A DNA stretch of 64,000 bases, from NCBI GenBank assembly GCA_963761175.1, contig CAVXFZ010000020.1, forward strand, positions 16,231-80,230. The letters run 5' to 3'. The first letter of the stretch is position 1. Every line of letters begins with the position of its first letter. The DNA comes from an uncultured Actinomycetes bacterium (GTDB lineage: Bacteria; Actinomycetota; Acidimicrobiia; IMCC26256; PALSA-610). Positions 1 to 9,658 of this stretch are shown piece by piece. The notes below the pieces were generated by a model. The model saw nothing but the letters and a program-made list of their open reading frames with translations. It made no database searches and was not told the origin of the DNA. Position numbers and translations under genes: made by a program.

Positions 1-1148
1 GCGCCAGCGACGCGACCGTGCCGCGCAGGTGCTCGCAGTTGTCGAGCACGAGCAGCGCGCGCCGGGCGCGCAGGTACTCGACGAGCGTCTCCTCGACCGA
101 CAGGTGCTGGCGCTGCTGCACGTCGACCGAGGTCGCGATCGCGGCGACCGTCGACGCCGGGTCGCGCACCGGCGCGAGCTCGGTGACGAAGACCTCACCG
201 CCGAAGCCGTCCCACAGATCCGCGGCCAACCGCAGCGCGAGCCGCGTCTTGCCGACCCCGCCCGCGCCGGTGAGGGTGAGCAGCCGGTTCCCGCCCACCA
301 ACTCGACGAGCGTGAGGAGCTCCTCGGTACGCCCGACGAGCCCGGTCGGCTCTGCGGGCCGGCGCCGCACCGGTGGCGCGCGGCGCGGCGCGCGGCTCGC
401 CGGTGCAAGGGTCGGGTCGTCGGTGAGGAGGCGCGTCTCGAGCTCGCGCAGCGCGGGCGACGGGTCGAGCCCGAGCTCGTCGCGCAGCAACGCGCGGTAG
501 GCGTCGGCGCGCCGCAACGCCTCGGCGGATCGGCCGCTGCGATACAACGCCAGGATCAACTGGTGCCACAGGCGTTCGCGTAGCGGGTGCTGCGCGACGA
601 GCGCTTCCAGCTCCCCGACGAGTGCCGCGTGCTCACCGAGATCGAGGCGCGCCTGCAGCAGGTCTTCCGACGCGTTCGCCGCGCAGCTCGTCGAGCCGCA
701 CTGCTTCGCGCTGCGCCCAGTCGCGCTCGGCGAACTCCTCGAACGCACCACCCCGCCAGCACCGCAGCGCGTCGTCGAGCCACGCAACGACCGCGGCCGG
801 ATCGGTCGCGGTCTGCACCTGCGCGCACGCGCGCTCGAAGTGGCCGGCGTCGATCCGCTCGTCGTCGACCTGCAGCACGTAGCCCGGCGGCCGGGCCGCG
901 ATCTCGGCTTCCGGGCGCAGGATCCGGCGCAGCCGCGACAGGTGGCTCTGCAAGACGGCGCCCGGGTCGGCGGGCTGGTCGTCGCCCCACAGCTCGTCGC
1001 ACAGGCGGTCGGTGGAGACGACCGATCCACGGTGCGCGGCCAGGATCGCGAGCGCGAGCCGGGGCTTCGGGCCGCCGATCGGCACCGGCTCGCCGCCCCG
1101 GACCACCTCGATGCTGCCGAGAACCCGGATCCCGAGGCTGCGCTCCAC
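1..1148 (-). CDS. AfsR/SARP-family regulator (OmpR-type wHTH + BTAD + NB-ARC P-loop). The 3' end runs off the window. Apparent frameshift near 676-684.
   Basis: The minus-strand translation gives LGIRVLGSIEVV..GGPKPRLALAILA (wHTH) and BTAD helices (DDALRCWRGGAFEEF; LWHQLILALYRSGRSAEAL), then LLTLTGAGGVGKTRLAL. The frame slips by one base between ..RLDEL and AANASEDLLQARLDLGEH. The start is probably GTG near 1148. Confidence 0.8.
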
Positions 1149-1287
1149 GCCCACCAGTCTTGCAAGCGCGCTTGCAGAACGCTTGCGGCCCCGCCGCCCC
1201 GGTCGCAGCGGTCCGGCAGCCCGCCCGCAGGACCGACCCGGATACTCGGATCCGACGCCAACCCCGGCGCATTCGAGGAGGAACCCC

Positions 1288-1518
1288 ATGCCGTGTGTTC
1301 AGGTCAAGCTCATCAAGGGCGTGTTCGACTCCAGCCAGAAGCAGGAGATGATCTCCAAGCTCACCGACACGATGGTCGGCATCGAGGGTGAGGCCCTGCG
1401 CGGCGTCACCTGGGTGACGATCGAAGAGGTCGAGAGCGGCGACTGGGGCATCGGCGGCAACGCGATCACCGCCGAGTACGTGAAGAGCCTGCAGAAGGCG
1501 CCCGCGAACGCGCGCTAG
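1288..1518 (+). CDS. 4-oxalocrotonate tautomerase family protein
   Basis: ATG at 1288 is preceded by GAGGAGG. The 76-aa product starts MPCVQVKLIKG (Pro1 after Met), typical of the tautomerase superfamily. Confidence 0.85.
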   Translation: MPCVQVKLIKGVFDSSQKQEMISKLTDTMVGIEGEALRGVTWVTIEEVESGDWGIGGNAITAEYVKSLQKAPANAR

Positions 1519-1531
1519 GCGATCACGCGGC

Positions 1532-1571
1532 GCGGGCCCGGTCGGGACACCACTGTCTCGAGCGGGCCCGC
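1532..1571. terminator. Strong hairpin between convergent genes (possible bidirectional terminator)
   Basis: Arms gcgggcccggtcgggaca / tgtctcgagcgggcccgc (16 of 18 positions pair) surround the loop ccac, between the stops at 1518 and 1598. There is no U-tract. Confidence 0.4.
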
Positions 1572-1597
1572 GGCGAGCGCTCCGGGCCGGTACGCGC

Positions 1598-2386
1598 TCA
1601 GCGGCCCTCGAACTGCGGGCGGCGCTTCTCGAGGAACGCGCGCATGCCCTCGACCTGGTCGGCCGACGTGGCGCACCGACGCACCGCGTCGCGTTCGAGG
1701 CGCAGCGCGGCCTCCATCGGCAGGTGGTCGGCACCGAGCACGGCGCGCAACACCCCCGCGACCGCGATCGGCGGTTGCGCGGCGAGCTCCTCGGCGAGCG
1801 AGACGGCTCTCGCCTTCAGCTCGGCAGCCGGATGCAACTCGTGCACGAGCCCGATCGCCAGCGCGGTCGGGCCGTCGATCTTCTTCGCCCGCAGGATCAT
1901 GTCGAGTGCGTGCGCGCGCCCGACGGTGCGCGTGAGCCGCACGCTCCCACCCCACGCCGGCACGGTCCCGAGATCGAGCTCCGGCAGCCCGATGCGCGCG
2001 CCTTCGCTCGCGGCGAGACGGAAGTGACACGCGAGGGGCAGCTCGAGACCGCCGCCGAGGCAGTAGCCGAACATCGTCGCGATCACGGGCTTGTCGAGGT
2101 GTTCGATCATCGCGAGCACCCGCAGCCGCTGATCGAGCACGGCTTCGAAGCCGCCGCGGTCCTGCGCGCCCGCAACGAGCTGCTTCAGGTCCATGCCCAC
2201 GCTGAAGTGCTCGTCGCCCGCGGCCGTGACGACCACCGCGCGCGCCTCACGATCGTCGCGGAGCGCGATGACAGCCGCCTCGAGCTCGTCCATGTATTCG
2301 AACGTCATGCGGTTCCGCGGCGGATCCTGGTTCTCGAGGATCACCACCCGCCCGCGCCGCTCGACCCGCAGCGCCGTCCCGACCAT
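1598..2386 (-). CDS. enoyl-CoA hydratase/isomerase (crotonase) family protein
   Basis: 262-aa product from ATG 2386. Crotonase motifs AVVVTAAGDEHFSVGMDL and GYCLGGGLELPLACHFRLA. Confidence 0.9.
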   Translation of the reverse strand: MVGTALRVERRGRVVILENQDPPRNRMTFEYMDELEAAVIALRDDREARAVVVTAAGDEHFSVGMDLKQLVAGAQDRGGFEAVLDQRLRVLAMIEHLDKPVIATMFGYCLGGGLELPLACHFRLAASEGARIGLPELDLGTVPAWGGSVRLTRTVGRAHALDMILRAKKIDGPTALAIGLVHELHPAAELKARAVSLAEELAAQPPIAVAGVLRAVLGADHLPMEAALRLERDAVRRCATSADQVEGMRAFLEKRRPQFEGR

Positions 2387-2442
2387 CGTCGCATCCCCCT
2401 CGGCCGTCGTTCGCGCCCGGTTTCGGGCGCGTGCATCCTCGA

Positions 2443-2913
2443 TCAGGAGCGGCCGCTCCGCCAGTTGGGAACGCTCGGCGCGTGGGGTTCGAGCGACCGG
2501 AGGAAGGTCGTGAGCTCGAGGATCTGCTCGTCGGTGAGCGTGCCGCCGAACGACAGGCTCCACGCCGGCATCTCGGTTCCCGGCACGCCCCCCGCGACGA
2601 GGCCGCGGATCTGGTCGTCCGTCGTGGCCTTCAGGAACTCCTTCGAGTTGAGCACTGGACCACTGCCGCCGATCGCGTTCTTGCCGTGGCAACCCGAGCA
2701 GTTCGTCGCGAAGAGTTGCCGGCCGATCGTGCGGTACGACGCCTGCTGCGACGCGGCCGCGTCCCTGCGCAGCTGCGGCTCCCGGCCGCGATACACGATG
2801 AAACCGACGATGAGGACGACCATGAACACGAGACCCCACATGAGGTAACGGTTCAGGCTGCGTTCGAGATCCGCCGGCTCGAACGGCGGCGGGCTCGGTC
2901 GCTCCGCAGGCAT
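2443..2913 (-). CDS. membrane-anchored monohaem c-type cytochrome
   Basis: N-terminal TM helix (YLMWGLVFMVVLIVGFIVY) and a single CSGCH haem-binding motif. The ATG lies 4 nt after the Rieske stop. Confidence 0.85.
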   Translation of the reverse strand: MPAERPSPPPFEPADLERSLNRYLMWGLVFMVVLIVGFIVYRGREPQLRRDAAASQQASYRTIGRQLFATNCSGCHGKNAIGGSGPVLNSKEFLKATTDDQIRGLVAGGVPGTEMPAWSLSFGGTLTDEQILELTTFLRSLEPHAPSVPNWRSGRS

Positions 2914-2917
2914 CGGC

Positions 2918-3412
2918 TCAGCCCTTCGGTGTGCACGACGGGCCCTTGGCGGGCTTGAAGAACCGCTTCGCGCCGCGGTCGGGTCCGTTGATCAGCGTCG
3001 AGGTGTCGACGACGAGCGTGTCGCCGTCGACCTTCAGCGGGTACCGATCCAGGCCGCGCGGCGCCGGGCCCTCGATCCACTCTCCGCCGATGTCGTACTT
3101 GGAGCCGTGACAGGGGCACTCGAAGTGGCCCGACGACTCGCAGAACGGGACACGGCAGCCGAGATGCGGGCACTTCTGCGAGAGCGCGAAGACGCGAGCC
3201 CCGGTGTTGGCCACGAACAAGCGGCCGGCCGGCACGTACGTCGCCGTGTCGGCCGCAAAGCTGTCGACCGCGCCCAGACGGATGTTCGCGCCGGCCGCGG
3301 GCGTCGCGAGCGGGCGCAGCGATTCGTACGTCGTCCAACCCGCCGCGATCGCGAGCAGCGTGCCGCCGAGCTTCCAACCGTCGCGCAGGAAGTCGCGTCG
3401 TGTGGTTCGCAT
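2918..3412 (-). CDS. Rieske [2Fe-2S] protein with Tat-type signal anchor
   Basis: MRTTRRDFLRDG twin-arginine motif; Rieske boxes CPHLGC and CPCHGS. ATG at 3412, 8 nt after the cytochrome b stop. Confidence 0.9.
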   Translation of the reverse strand: MRTTRRDFLRDGWKLGGTLLAIAAGWTTYESLRPLATPAAGANIRLGAVDSFAADTATYVPAGRLFVANTGARVFALSQKCPHLGCRVPFCESSGHFECPCHGSKYDIGGEWIEGPAPRGLDRYPLKVDGDTLVVDTSTLINGPDRGAKRFFKPAKGPSCTPKG

Positions 3413-3420
3413 GGCGGCTC

Positions 3421-4800
3421 CTACATCTCGATGTACGAGTGAGTCCACGGTGCAATGAACTTCCAACCGGGACCGCGGAAGAACGTGCCGACGACCGTGA
3501 GCGCGACGGCAATCACGAGCAAGCCGGTGAAGATGACGATCGCGACCTTGCGGTGCCGCGCGACCGTCGAGGGATTTCGGTCGAGGTACGGGAGCAACAC
3601 GAGCGTGATGACCGCTCCGGTCGGGATGAGGATCCCGGCGATCAGCGGGTCGAAGCGGCTCAGCAGTTCCTGGAGACCGGCGAAGTACCACGGTGCCTTC
3701 GCGGGCTCGGGCGTGAGGTTCGGGTCGGCGAGGCCGCGCAGCGGCGCCGCGAACGCGACTCCGAGCGCGAGCACGGTGGCGGCGACACCGAGCGCGACCA
3801 CGACGTGGCGAACGAGCAGATGCGGCCAGGTGAACACGGTGTCGTCGACGGCGCGTTCCTCCGCGGTCACCGATTCGCGGTCGACGACGCCGAGCACCCG
3901 CGTCCGCCCGCCGTACAGGCTCGCCGGGGCGGTCGAGGGCACGGCGGCCGCAGGGAGCGCCGTCGCGCCTTCCTCGAACGCGCCCACCGACACGCGTTCG
4001 ACCGCGAAGCCGTCCTTGCGGACCCTCCAGATGTGGATGCCGAGCATCATCACGAGCGTGATCGGAAGCACCGCGACGTGCAGCGCGTAGAAACGCAACA
4101 GCGTCGACTGGCCGATCTGCGGACCACCGATCAACAGGTTCTGGACGGTCTTCCCGAACACCGGTACGTACTGCGTGAGGTTGGTGCCGACGGTCACGGC
4201 CCAGTAGCTCAACTGGTCCCACGGCAGCAAGTACCCGGTGAACGACAAGCCGAGCGTGAGCAGCATCAGCATCACGCCGATCACCCAGTTGAACTCGCGC
4301 GGCTTCTTGTACGCGCCTGCATAGAAGGTACGAACGAGATGGAGGAAGACGGCGAGCACCATGAGGTGCGCGGACCAGCGGTGCACGTTGCGTACGAGCT
4401 GTCCGAAGCCGACGCCCGTCCGCAAGTGCTGCATGTCGCCGTACGCGGAGTTCACCGACGGCGTGTAGAAGAACATGAGGTACACGCCCGTGAGGGTGAG
4501 GATGGCGAACAACACGGTGATGATGAACCCGAGCCGGAACGAGTAGCGGATCCGCAGCACGCGTGTCGGGATCTTCACGGGGTACAGGTGCAGGAAGAAG
4601 TTCGAGAACGACTGCAGCGCGCGACCGCGCGGCGTGTCGAGGTTCGGGTGCCGGAACATCGACCGCCACGCGTTCGAGCGTGCGATCCGCCCGCGCAGTC
4701 CGGTCGTGGGCGCATACGCGAGCTTCGGCTCGAGCGCGTCGCGGGCCGCGGGCGATTCGCCCGACGCGCCGTCTTTCGTCGTCACAGGAACGTCAGGCAC
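3421..4800 (-). CDS. cytochrome b (b6-like N-half fused to a subunit-IV-like C-half)
   Basis: Polytopic protein. His pairs in NVHRWSAHLMVLAVFLH and FYALHVAVLPITLVMMLGIH; PEWY-like APWYFAGLQELL in the C-terminal half. GTG 4800 has GGGAGG 6 nt upstream; the longest ORF would start at 4836. Confidence 0.9.
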   Translation of the reverse strand: MPDVPVTTKDGASGESPAARDALEPKLAYAPTTGLRGRIARSNAWRSMFRHPNLDTPRGRALQSFSNFFLHLYPVKIPTRVLRIRYSFRLGFIITVLFAILTLTGVYLMFFYTPSVNSAYGDMQHLRTGVGFGQLVRNVHRWSAHLMVLAVFLHLVRTFYAGAYKKPREFNWVIGVMLMLLTLGLSFTGYLLPWDQLSYWAVTVGTNLTQYVPVFGKTVQNLLIGGPQIGQSTLLRFYALHVAVLPITLVMMLGIHIWRVRKDGFAVERVSVGAFEEGATALPAAAVPSTAPASLYGGRTRVLGVVDRESVTAEERAVDDTVFTWPHLLVRHVVVALGVAATVLALGVAFAAPLRGLADPNLTPEPAKAPWYFAGLQELLSRFDPLIAGILIPTGAVITLVLLPYLDRNPSTVARHRKVAIVIFTGLLVIAVALTVVGTFFRGPGWKFIAPWTHSYIEM

Positions 4801-6607
4801 CGGCGACCTCCCGCGCGTGGACCATCGACAGGGCACCCGGTGGGCATCGATTGACGCACAGACCGCAGCGGATGCACAGGTCTTCGTCGAGGAGGAGGAC
4901 GCTCTGCGCCTCGGTTCCCGCTCCGACCAGGTCGGCCCGCGCGATCGTGATGCAGTTCGGCGGACACACGTCGACGCACAGCCCGCACAAGATGCAGAGC
5001 TCGGGTTCGAGCATCACGTTGTCGAAGCAGCGCAGGCAGCGCAGCGACTCGAGCCAGGCGCCCTGCGCGTCGTATCCGACCTCGACCTCCGCGAACCCGA
5101 TGCGGCGCTCCGTCGGCGTCGCGGGGACCGGTTGGCGCCCGATCGCGTCGTAGGCGGTCGCGAGCCGCCGGAAGCCGCGCCGCGGACCGAGCTCGACGCG
5201 GATCTCCGTCGGTGGGCGCGCCGGCGCGTCGGGGTCGTGGATCGACCGCGCGGCACGCTGGCCGTCGGCGATCGCGTCGATGAGGTTGCGCGGCCCGTGC
5301 GCGACGTCGCCGCCGGCCCAGATGCGCGGGTGCGACGTCCGCAGCGTCGCGGGATCGACCTGCACGCCCCCGCGCACCCGTTCCAGCTCGACGTCGCCGA
5401 GCAGGTCGAGATCGGCGGTCTGGCCCACGGCGAGGATGACGGTGTCGGCGTCGAGGACCGCTTCGGTTCCGGGCACGAAGGTCGGGGCGAAGCGGTGGTC
5501 GGCGTCGAACACCGACGCGACGTCGATCGTCTCGAGTCCGGTGACCCGCCCGCCCGCGCCGACGAAGCGATGCGGACCCTTGCGGTAGCGGATCGTGATC
5601 CCTTCGCCGGTGGCCTCGGCGATCTCCTCGGCGTCGGCGGGGATCTCCTCGGGCGACTCCAGCGCGATGACCGTGACGTCGGCGACGCCCGCGCGCGCGG
5701 CGGCACGCGCGACGTCGAGTGTCGTCACCATGCCGCGCCGGGCGTCGTCGTCGGTGCCGGCCGATTCCGGCGCGTTCGCGTCGGATCCGCCGGCACTGCC
5801 GCCGGCCGCGGCACGCAGCGCGCTACGGGCGGCATCGAACGCGACATTGCCACCACCCACGACGACGACGCGCTGACCGAGATCGGCGCGGAAGCCGAGG
5901 TTCACGTTGAGCAGGAACTCCACTGCGCTCAGCACGCCGTCGAGCTCGCGACCGGGAAGCTCGAGGTCACGCCCGCGACCGGTGCCGATGGCGAGGAAGA
6001 GCGCGTCGTGACGGTCGAGAAGCTCGGTCATCGTCGCGTCGCGCCCGACGCGAAACCCGAACGTGACGTCGATCCCGAGCTCGACGATCGCCGCGATCTC
6101 GCGGTTGATGAGCTCGCGCGCCAAGCGGTACTCGGGGATCCCGAGCACCATCATCCCGCCGAGCCGATCCGCGGCCTCGTAGATCGTGACGGGGTGGCCG
6201 GCGAGACGGAGCTCGTACGCGGCGGCGAGGCCCGCGGGCCCGCCTCCGACGATCCCGACGGAGCTCAGCGTCGCGGGCGGAACCTCGCCGTGCGCCTCGT
6301 GCCAGATCGAGCTGGCCGCGAAGCTCTCGACACCGAACTGCTCGGTGACGAATCGCTTCAGCGCACGGATCGCGATCGGCGCGTCGACCGTGCCGCGGCG
6401 GCAGGCGGCTTCGCACGGCGCCGCGCACACTCGCCCGCAGATGGACGCGAACGGGTTCGGGGCGCGCGCGGTGAGGTAGGCGTCGCGGAACCGGCCCTCG
6501 GCGATGGCGGTGACGTACGCGCCCGCGTCGGTGTGCACCGGGCACGCGGCGCGGCATGGTTCGTTCTCCCAGAGCCAATGGGCGTCAGGCACGGTCGGTC
6601 GGGGCAC
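4793..6607 (-). CDS. GltD-like NAD(P)H-dependent Fe-S flavoprotein with C-terminal 2x[4Fe-4S] ferredoxin domain
   Basis: N-terminal cluster motif CRAACPVH..ICGRVCAAPCEAACRRG. Two dinucleotide folds (VGIVGGGPAGLAAA, VVVVGGGNVAFDAA). C-terminal CILCGLCVDVCP and CIRCGLCVNRCP. GTG start at 6607, directly after the upstream stop. Confidence 0.85.
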   Translation of the reverse strand: MPRPTVPDAHWLWENEPCRAACPVHTDAGAYVTAIAEGRFRDAYLTARAPNPFASICGRVCAAPCEAACRRGTVDAPIAIRALKRFVTEQFGVESFAASSIWHEAHGEVPPATLSSVGIVGGGPAGLAAAYELRLAGHPVTIYEAADRLGGMMVLGIPEYRLARELINREIAAIVELGIDVTFGFRVGRDATMTELLDRHDALFLAIGTGRGRDLELPGRELDGVLSAVEFLLNVNLGFRADLGQRVVVVGGGNVAFDAARSALRAAAGGSAGGSDANAPESAGTDDDARRGMVTTLDVARAAARAGVADVTVIALESPEEIPADAEEIAEATGEGITIRYRKGPHRFVGAGGRVTGLETIDVASVFDADHRFAPTFVPGTEAVLDADTVILAVGQTADLDLLGDVELERVRGGVQVDPATLRTSHPRIWAGGDVAHGPRNLIDAIADGQRAARSIHDPDAPARPPTEIRVELGPRRGFRRLATAYDAIGRQPVPATPTERRIGFAEVEVGYDAQGAWLESLRCLRCFDNVMLEPELCILCGLCVDVCPPNCITIARADLVGAGTEAQSVLLLDEDLCIRCGLCVNRCPPGALSMVHAREVAGA

Positions 6608-6886
6608 TCAGATCCACCCTCGGCCCTGCATCCATCGCAACGCCCAGCTCAACGCGACGAGCACCACGAGGAACAGTGCGGTCGCCAGCGCCTCGCGGCC
6701 GCCCCGAGTGACGGCGAGCGCCTTGGTCAGGATGCGATTCGCGCCGACGACGGCGGCGCCGATGCCGACGACGAGGACCGCGACGCCGGAGAGCACCGCG
6801 CGCAGCCAGCTGATCTCGTGCTCGGGCTCGTCGGCGGATCTCGGGGCCGCCGGCACTCCGCCGGACGCGTCGCCCACGGAGCTCAC
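6608..6886 (-). CDS. small two-helix membrane protein, no recognisable family
   Basis: GTG 6886 overlaps the cupredoxin stop (GTGA). Hydrophobic helices LSGVAVLVVGIGAAVVGA and ALATALFLVVLVALSWAL. It sits inside the tightly packed operon. Confidence 0.5.
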   Translation of the reverse strand: MSSVGDASGGVPAAPRSADEPEHEISWLRAVLSGVAVLVVGIGAAVVGANRILTKALAVTRGGREALATALFLVVLVALSWALRWMQGRGWI

Positions 6887-7407
6887 GGAACCACCGTGAA
6901 CGGCGCCCGCATACCGAGGCCGTAGTGCTTGGCGATGTTGCACACGAGCACGTAGTTGCCGGGCACCATGTTCTTGATCACGAACGTGCGGGTGCCCCCG
7001 GGTTCGAGGTCGGGATCGCCGGTCTCGCCGACGTTGGCGTCCTCGCTCACCTTGTCGGCGCCGGCCTTCACCGGTACCGGCGGGTCGCCTCCGTACGTGA
7101 TCGGCAGCTTGTCGTACGGCGTGCTCGTCTTCAGCACCACGAGCTCGTGCACGATCGTTCCGAGGTTCTTGACGGTGAAGGTCACGTCGCCGGCCTTGGC
7201 CGAATCCTCGAACGTCACGACCTTCATCGGTCCGGCGAGCCCGCGAGTGTCACTCACGACGATGTCGACGTGACTGCCGGCGGCGGCCGGCGCGGTGACG
7301 GCGACACCGCCGTCGGAGGTCGAGGAGTTCGTCGGCGCGGCGCAGCCGGCGACGAGCAGGAGCGCACCGATCGCCGAAGCACCACACGCCAGTCGAACTC
7401 GGAACAT
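6883..7407 (-). CDS. cupredoxin (type-1 blue copper) lipoprotein
   Basis: Signal peptide with lipobox LLVAGC. Putative Cu ligands are the H in GTIVHELVV and C-x4-H-x4-M in VCNIAKHYGLGM. Confidence 0.8.
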   Translation of the reverse strand: MFRVRLACGASAIGALLLVAGCAAPTNSSTSDGGVAVTAPAAAGSHVDIVVSDTRGLAGPMKVVTFEDSAKAGDVTFTVKNLGTIVHELVVLKTSTPYDKLPITYGGDPPVPVKAGADKVSEDANVGETGDPDLEPGGTRTFVIKNMVPGNYVLVCNIAKHYGLGMRAPFTVVP

Positions 7408-7700
7408 CGCGACCCCCCGGCCGGCTGAAAGCGGGGCCCATTTTGTCGACGCGCACGCGTCCGGGCCAGTGCTGAAGGTCCCGAATCGTGCGCCGCGACC
7501 TCGCCCGCGATGAGACAGTGATGAGAGCCGGGTGCGCTACGTGCTCACGATGACGCTGCGCGCCGTGACCCACGTCGCGCGACAGGGTCAACAGGCCGAC
7601 GCAATGACGCGTCGTGAGCGGACGACGAGGATCCGGACGCCGGCTGAGCGTTCTCTTCGCGCCTCATGCGGGCGTCATCCTCGATCTCTACGGTCGAACG

Positions 7701-8831
7701 GTGAGAGCACATCGACGCCTCGTGGTGGCCGCCGGCATCTTCGTGCTCGCGCTCGCCGCGCCCTCGTGGTCGCTGGGACACGCGCTCACGAGGAACTCCA
7801 CGGATCCGGTGGGCGCGCGGGCCGTCGAGTGGGCACGCAGTCATCACTTCGGCGGGATCGTGACCCTTGCCGAACGGCAGTGGTACTCACATCACCAGCC
7901 GCCGGTCGGCGGCACACCGAAAGGCGGCATTCCGAGCCCGCCGCAGCTCGCGCTCAGCCGTTCGGAACCGTCGACGACCGCGGCGTCCCCGACGACCACG
8001 ACCACCCCGGCGCGGATCGCGCCGCTCGTCGCGAACCCGTTGCCCGGTGAGGGAAAGTGGCGGCCGTTCGGGAGAGCGGTCGACGGGACGCCGGCGGTGT
8101 GGGTCACGTACCTGCGGCCCGACGCGACGCACACGAGCCTCGTCGCGGGCGTCGCGCGCCTCGACATGACGCGCCTCACCGCGACGCTGCACGCCGGCAC
8201 CGACCTACCGGGCCACGGCCCGTGGACGCAGCCTCCGCGCATCGACCCGAGCCGCTACCCGTACGTGGTCGCCGCGTTCAACAGCGGATTCCGGCTCGAC
8301 TCGAGTCGCGGCGGCTACTACGACGACCACCGCATGCTGCAACCCCTCGTGTCCGGCGCGGCGTCACTCGTGATCTACCGCGACGGTCGTGTCGACGTCG
8401 GCGCGTGGGGGCGGGACGACCACATGAGCGCGTCGGTGGTGTCGGTGCGCCAGAACCTGCGGCTGCTCGTCGACGGCGGCAACCTCGTTCCCGGCCTCGC
8501 GAACGCGAATACTCAGGCGTGGGGTGGCACGGTCGGCAACGCGATCTACGTGTGGCGTTCGGGCGTTGGGATCGACGCGCACGGCAACCTGATCTATGTC
8601 GGTGGTCCCGGTCTCAATGTCGCCTCGCTCGCCGAGCTCCTGCACCGCGCCGGTTGCGTGCGTGCGATGGAGCTCGACATCAACACGTGGTGGGTGTCGT
8701 TCACCGGCTACGCGCCCGACGGGCACGGTGGCGTGCAGGCCGCGAACCTGCTGCCCTCGATGGTGCGCGCGCCGAACCGCTATCTCGTCACCGGAACACG
8801 CGACTTCTTCGAGATCGACGCCAAGCACTGA
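7701..8831 (+). CDS. phosphodiester glycosidase (NAGPA/DUF2233-like) family protein, membrane anchored
   Basis: Signal anchor RRLVVAAGIFVLALAAPSW, then a Pro/Thr linker. The C-terminal region (AFNSGF.., GGTVGNAIYVWRSGVGIDAHGNLIYVGGPG, AMELDIN) resembles that family. The start is GTG 7701, or GTG 7614 for the longest ORF. Confidence 0.65.
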   Translation: MRAHRRLVVAAGIFVLALAAPSWSLGHALTRNSTDPVGARAVEWARSHHFGGIVTLAERQWYSHHQPPVGGTPKGGIPSPPQLALSRSEPSTTAASPTTTTTPARIAPLVANPLPGEGKWRPFGRAVDGTPAVWVTYLRPDATHTSLVAGVARLDMTRLTATLHAGTDLPGHGPWTQPPRIDPSRYPYVVAAFNSGFRLDSSRGGYYDDHRMLQPLVSGAASLVIYRDGRVDVGAWGRDDHMSASVVSVRQNLRLLVDGGNLVPGLANANTQAWGGTVGNAIYVWRSGVGIDAHGNLIYVGGPGLNVASLAELLHRAGCVRAMELDINTWWVSFTGYAPDGHGGVQAANLLPSMVRAPNRYLVTGTRDFFEIDAKH

Positions 8832-8872
8832 CCGCAGCCCGCAGGGGTCGTGGCGGAGGTGCAGCGACCCGC

Positions 8873-9658
8873 TCAGTCGAGGTCGGTGACCGGTGGGTCG
8901 GCGGGCGGCGGCGCAGCCGCCGCGGGTGCGCCGACCGGTGCGACCTCGCCGTCGGCGAGCACATGCCCATCGCGCAGCCGGATGCGCCGCGCCGCGAGGC
9001 GGGCGACATCTTCGGCGTGCGTCACGACGATGACGGTCACGCCGTGCTCCGCCGACAGGCCTCGCAACACCCGCACGATCTCCTCCGACGTCGCGCTGTC
9101 GAGGTTGCCGGTCGGCTCGTCGGCGAGGATGACACGCGGTTCGTTCGCAAGGGCGCGCGCGATCGCGACGCGCTGCTGCTCCCCGCCGGAGAGCCGCGAC
9201 GGAAGGTGCGCGGCGCGGTTGCTCAACCCGACGACCTCGAGCAGCTCGGTCGCACGCGCGCGGCGCGCGTGGCGCTTCCGCCGCAGCGGCACCATCGCGG
9301 ACTCGACGTTCTCGGCCGCGTTGAGCGTGGGAATGAGGTTGAACGCCTGGAACACGAAGCCGATGTCGCGCGAGCGCACGCGCGTGAGCGCGCGGTCGTT
9401 GAGGTTGGAGAGCTCGCGGCCGTCGAACACGAGCGAGCCGCCACTCGGCCGGTCGAGCGCGCCGAGCAGTTGCAGCAACGTGCTCTTGCCCGACCCGCTC
9501 GGACCTTCGACCGCGACGAACTCGGCACGCGCGATCGAGAGATCGATCTTGTCGAGCGCCCGCACGACCCCGCCACCGGTGCGGTACGTCCGCTCCACGG
9601 CCGTGAGCTCGTAGAGCGCGGCCGCTTCGCCGTTGGTGCTCACGTCGGCGGCCGTCAT
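8873..9658 (-). CDS. ABC transporter ATP-binding protein (MacB/FtsE/LolD type)
   Basis: Walker A GPSGSGKST, signature LSGGEQQR, Walker B ILADEPTGNLD. ATG 9658 overlaps the permease stop (ATGA). Confidence 0.9.
   Translation of the reverse strand: MTAADVSTNGEAAALYELTAVERTYRTGGGVVRALDKIDLSIARAEFVAVEGPSGSGKSTLLQLLGALDRPSGGSLVFDGRELSNLNDRALTRVRSRDIGFVFQAFNLIPTLNAAENVESAMVPLRRKRHARRARATELLEVVGLSNRAAHLPSRLSGGEQQRVAIARALANEPRVILADEPTGNLDSATSEEIVRVLRGLSAEHGVTVIVVTHAEDVARLAARRIRLRDGHVLADGEVAPVGAPAAAAPPPADPPVTDLD

Noticed and set aside
4634-6925. Long plus-strand ORF (763 aa). Similar long ORFs occur at 14696-17257, 21538-24282, 30810-33773, 35542-38115, 45017-47722 and 47833-49590.
   Set aside because: These are shadow ORFs typical of very G+C-rich DNA. 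They have Arg/Ala/Gly/Pro/Asp-dominated low-complexity translations with no motifs. Each lies opposite, or out of frame with, a gene that has clear family signatures.
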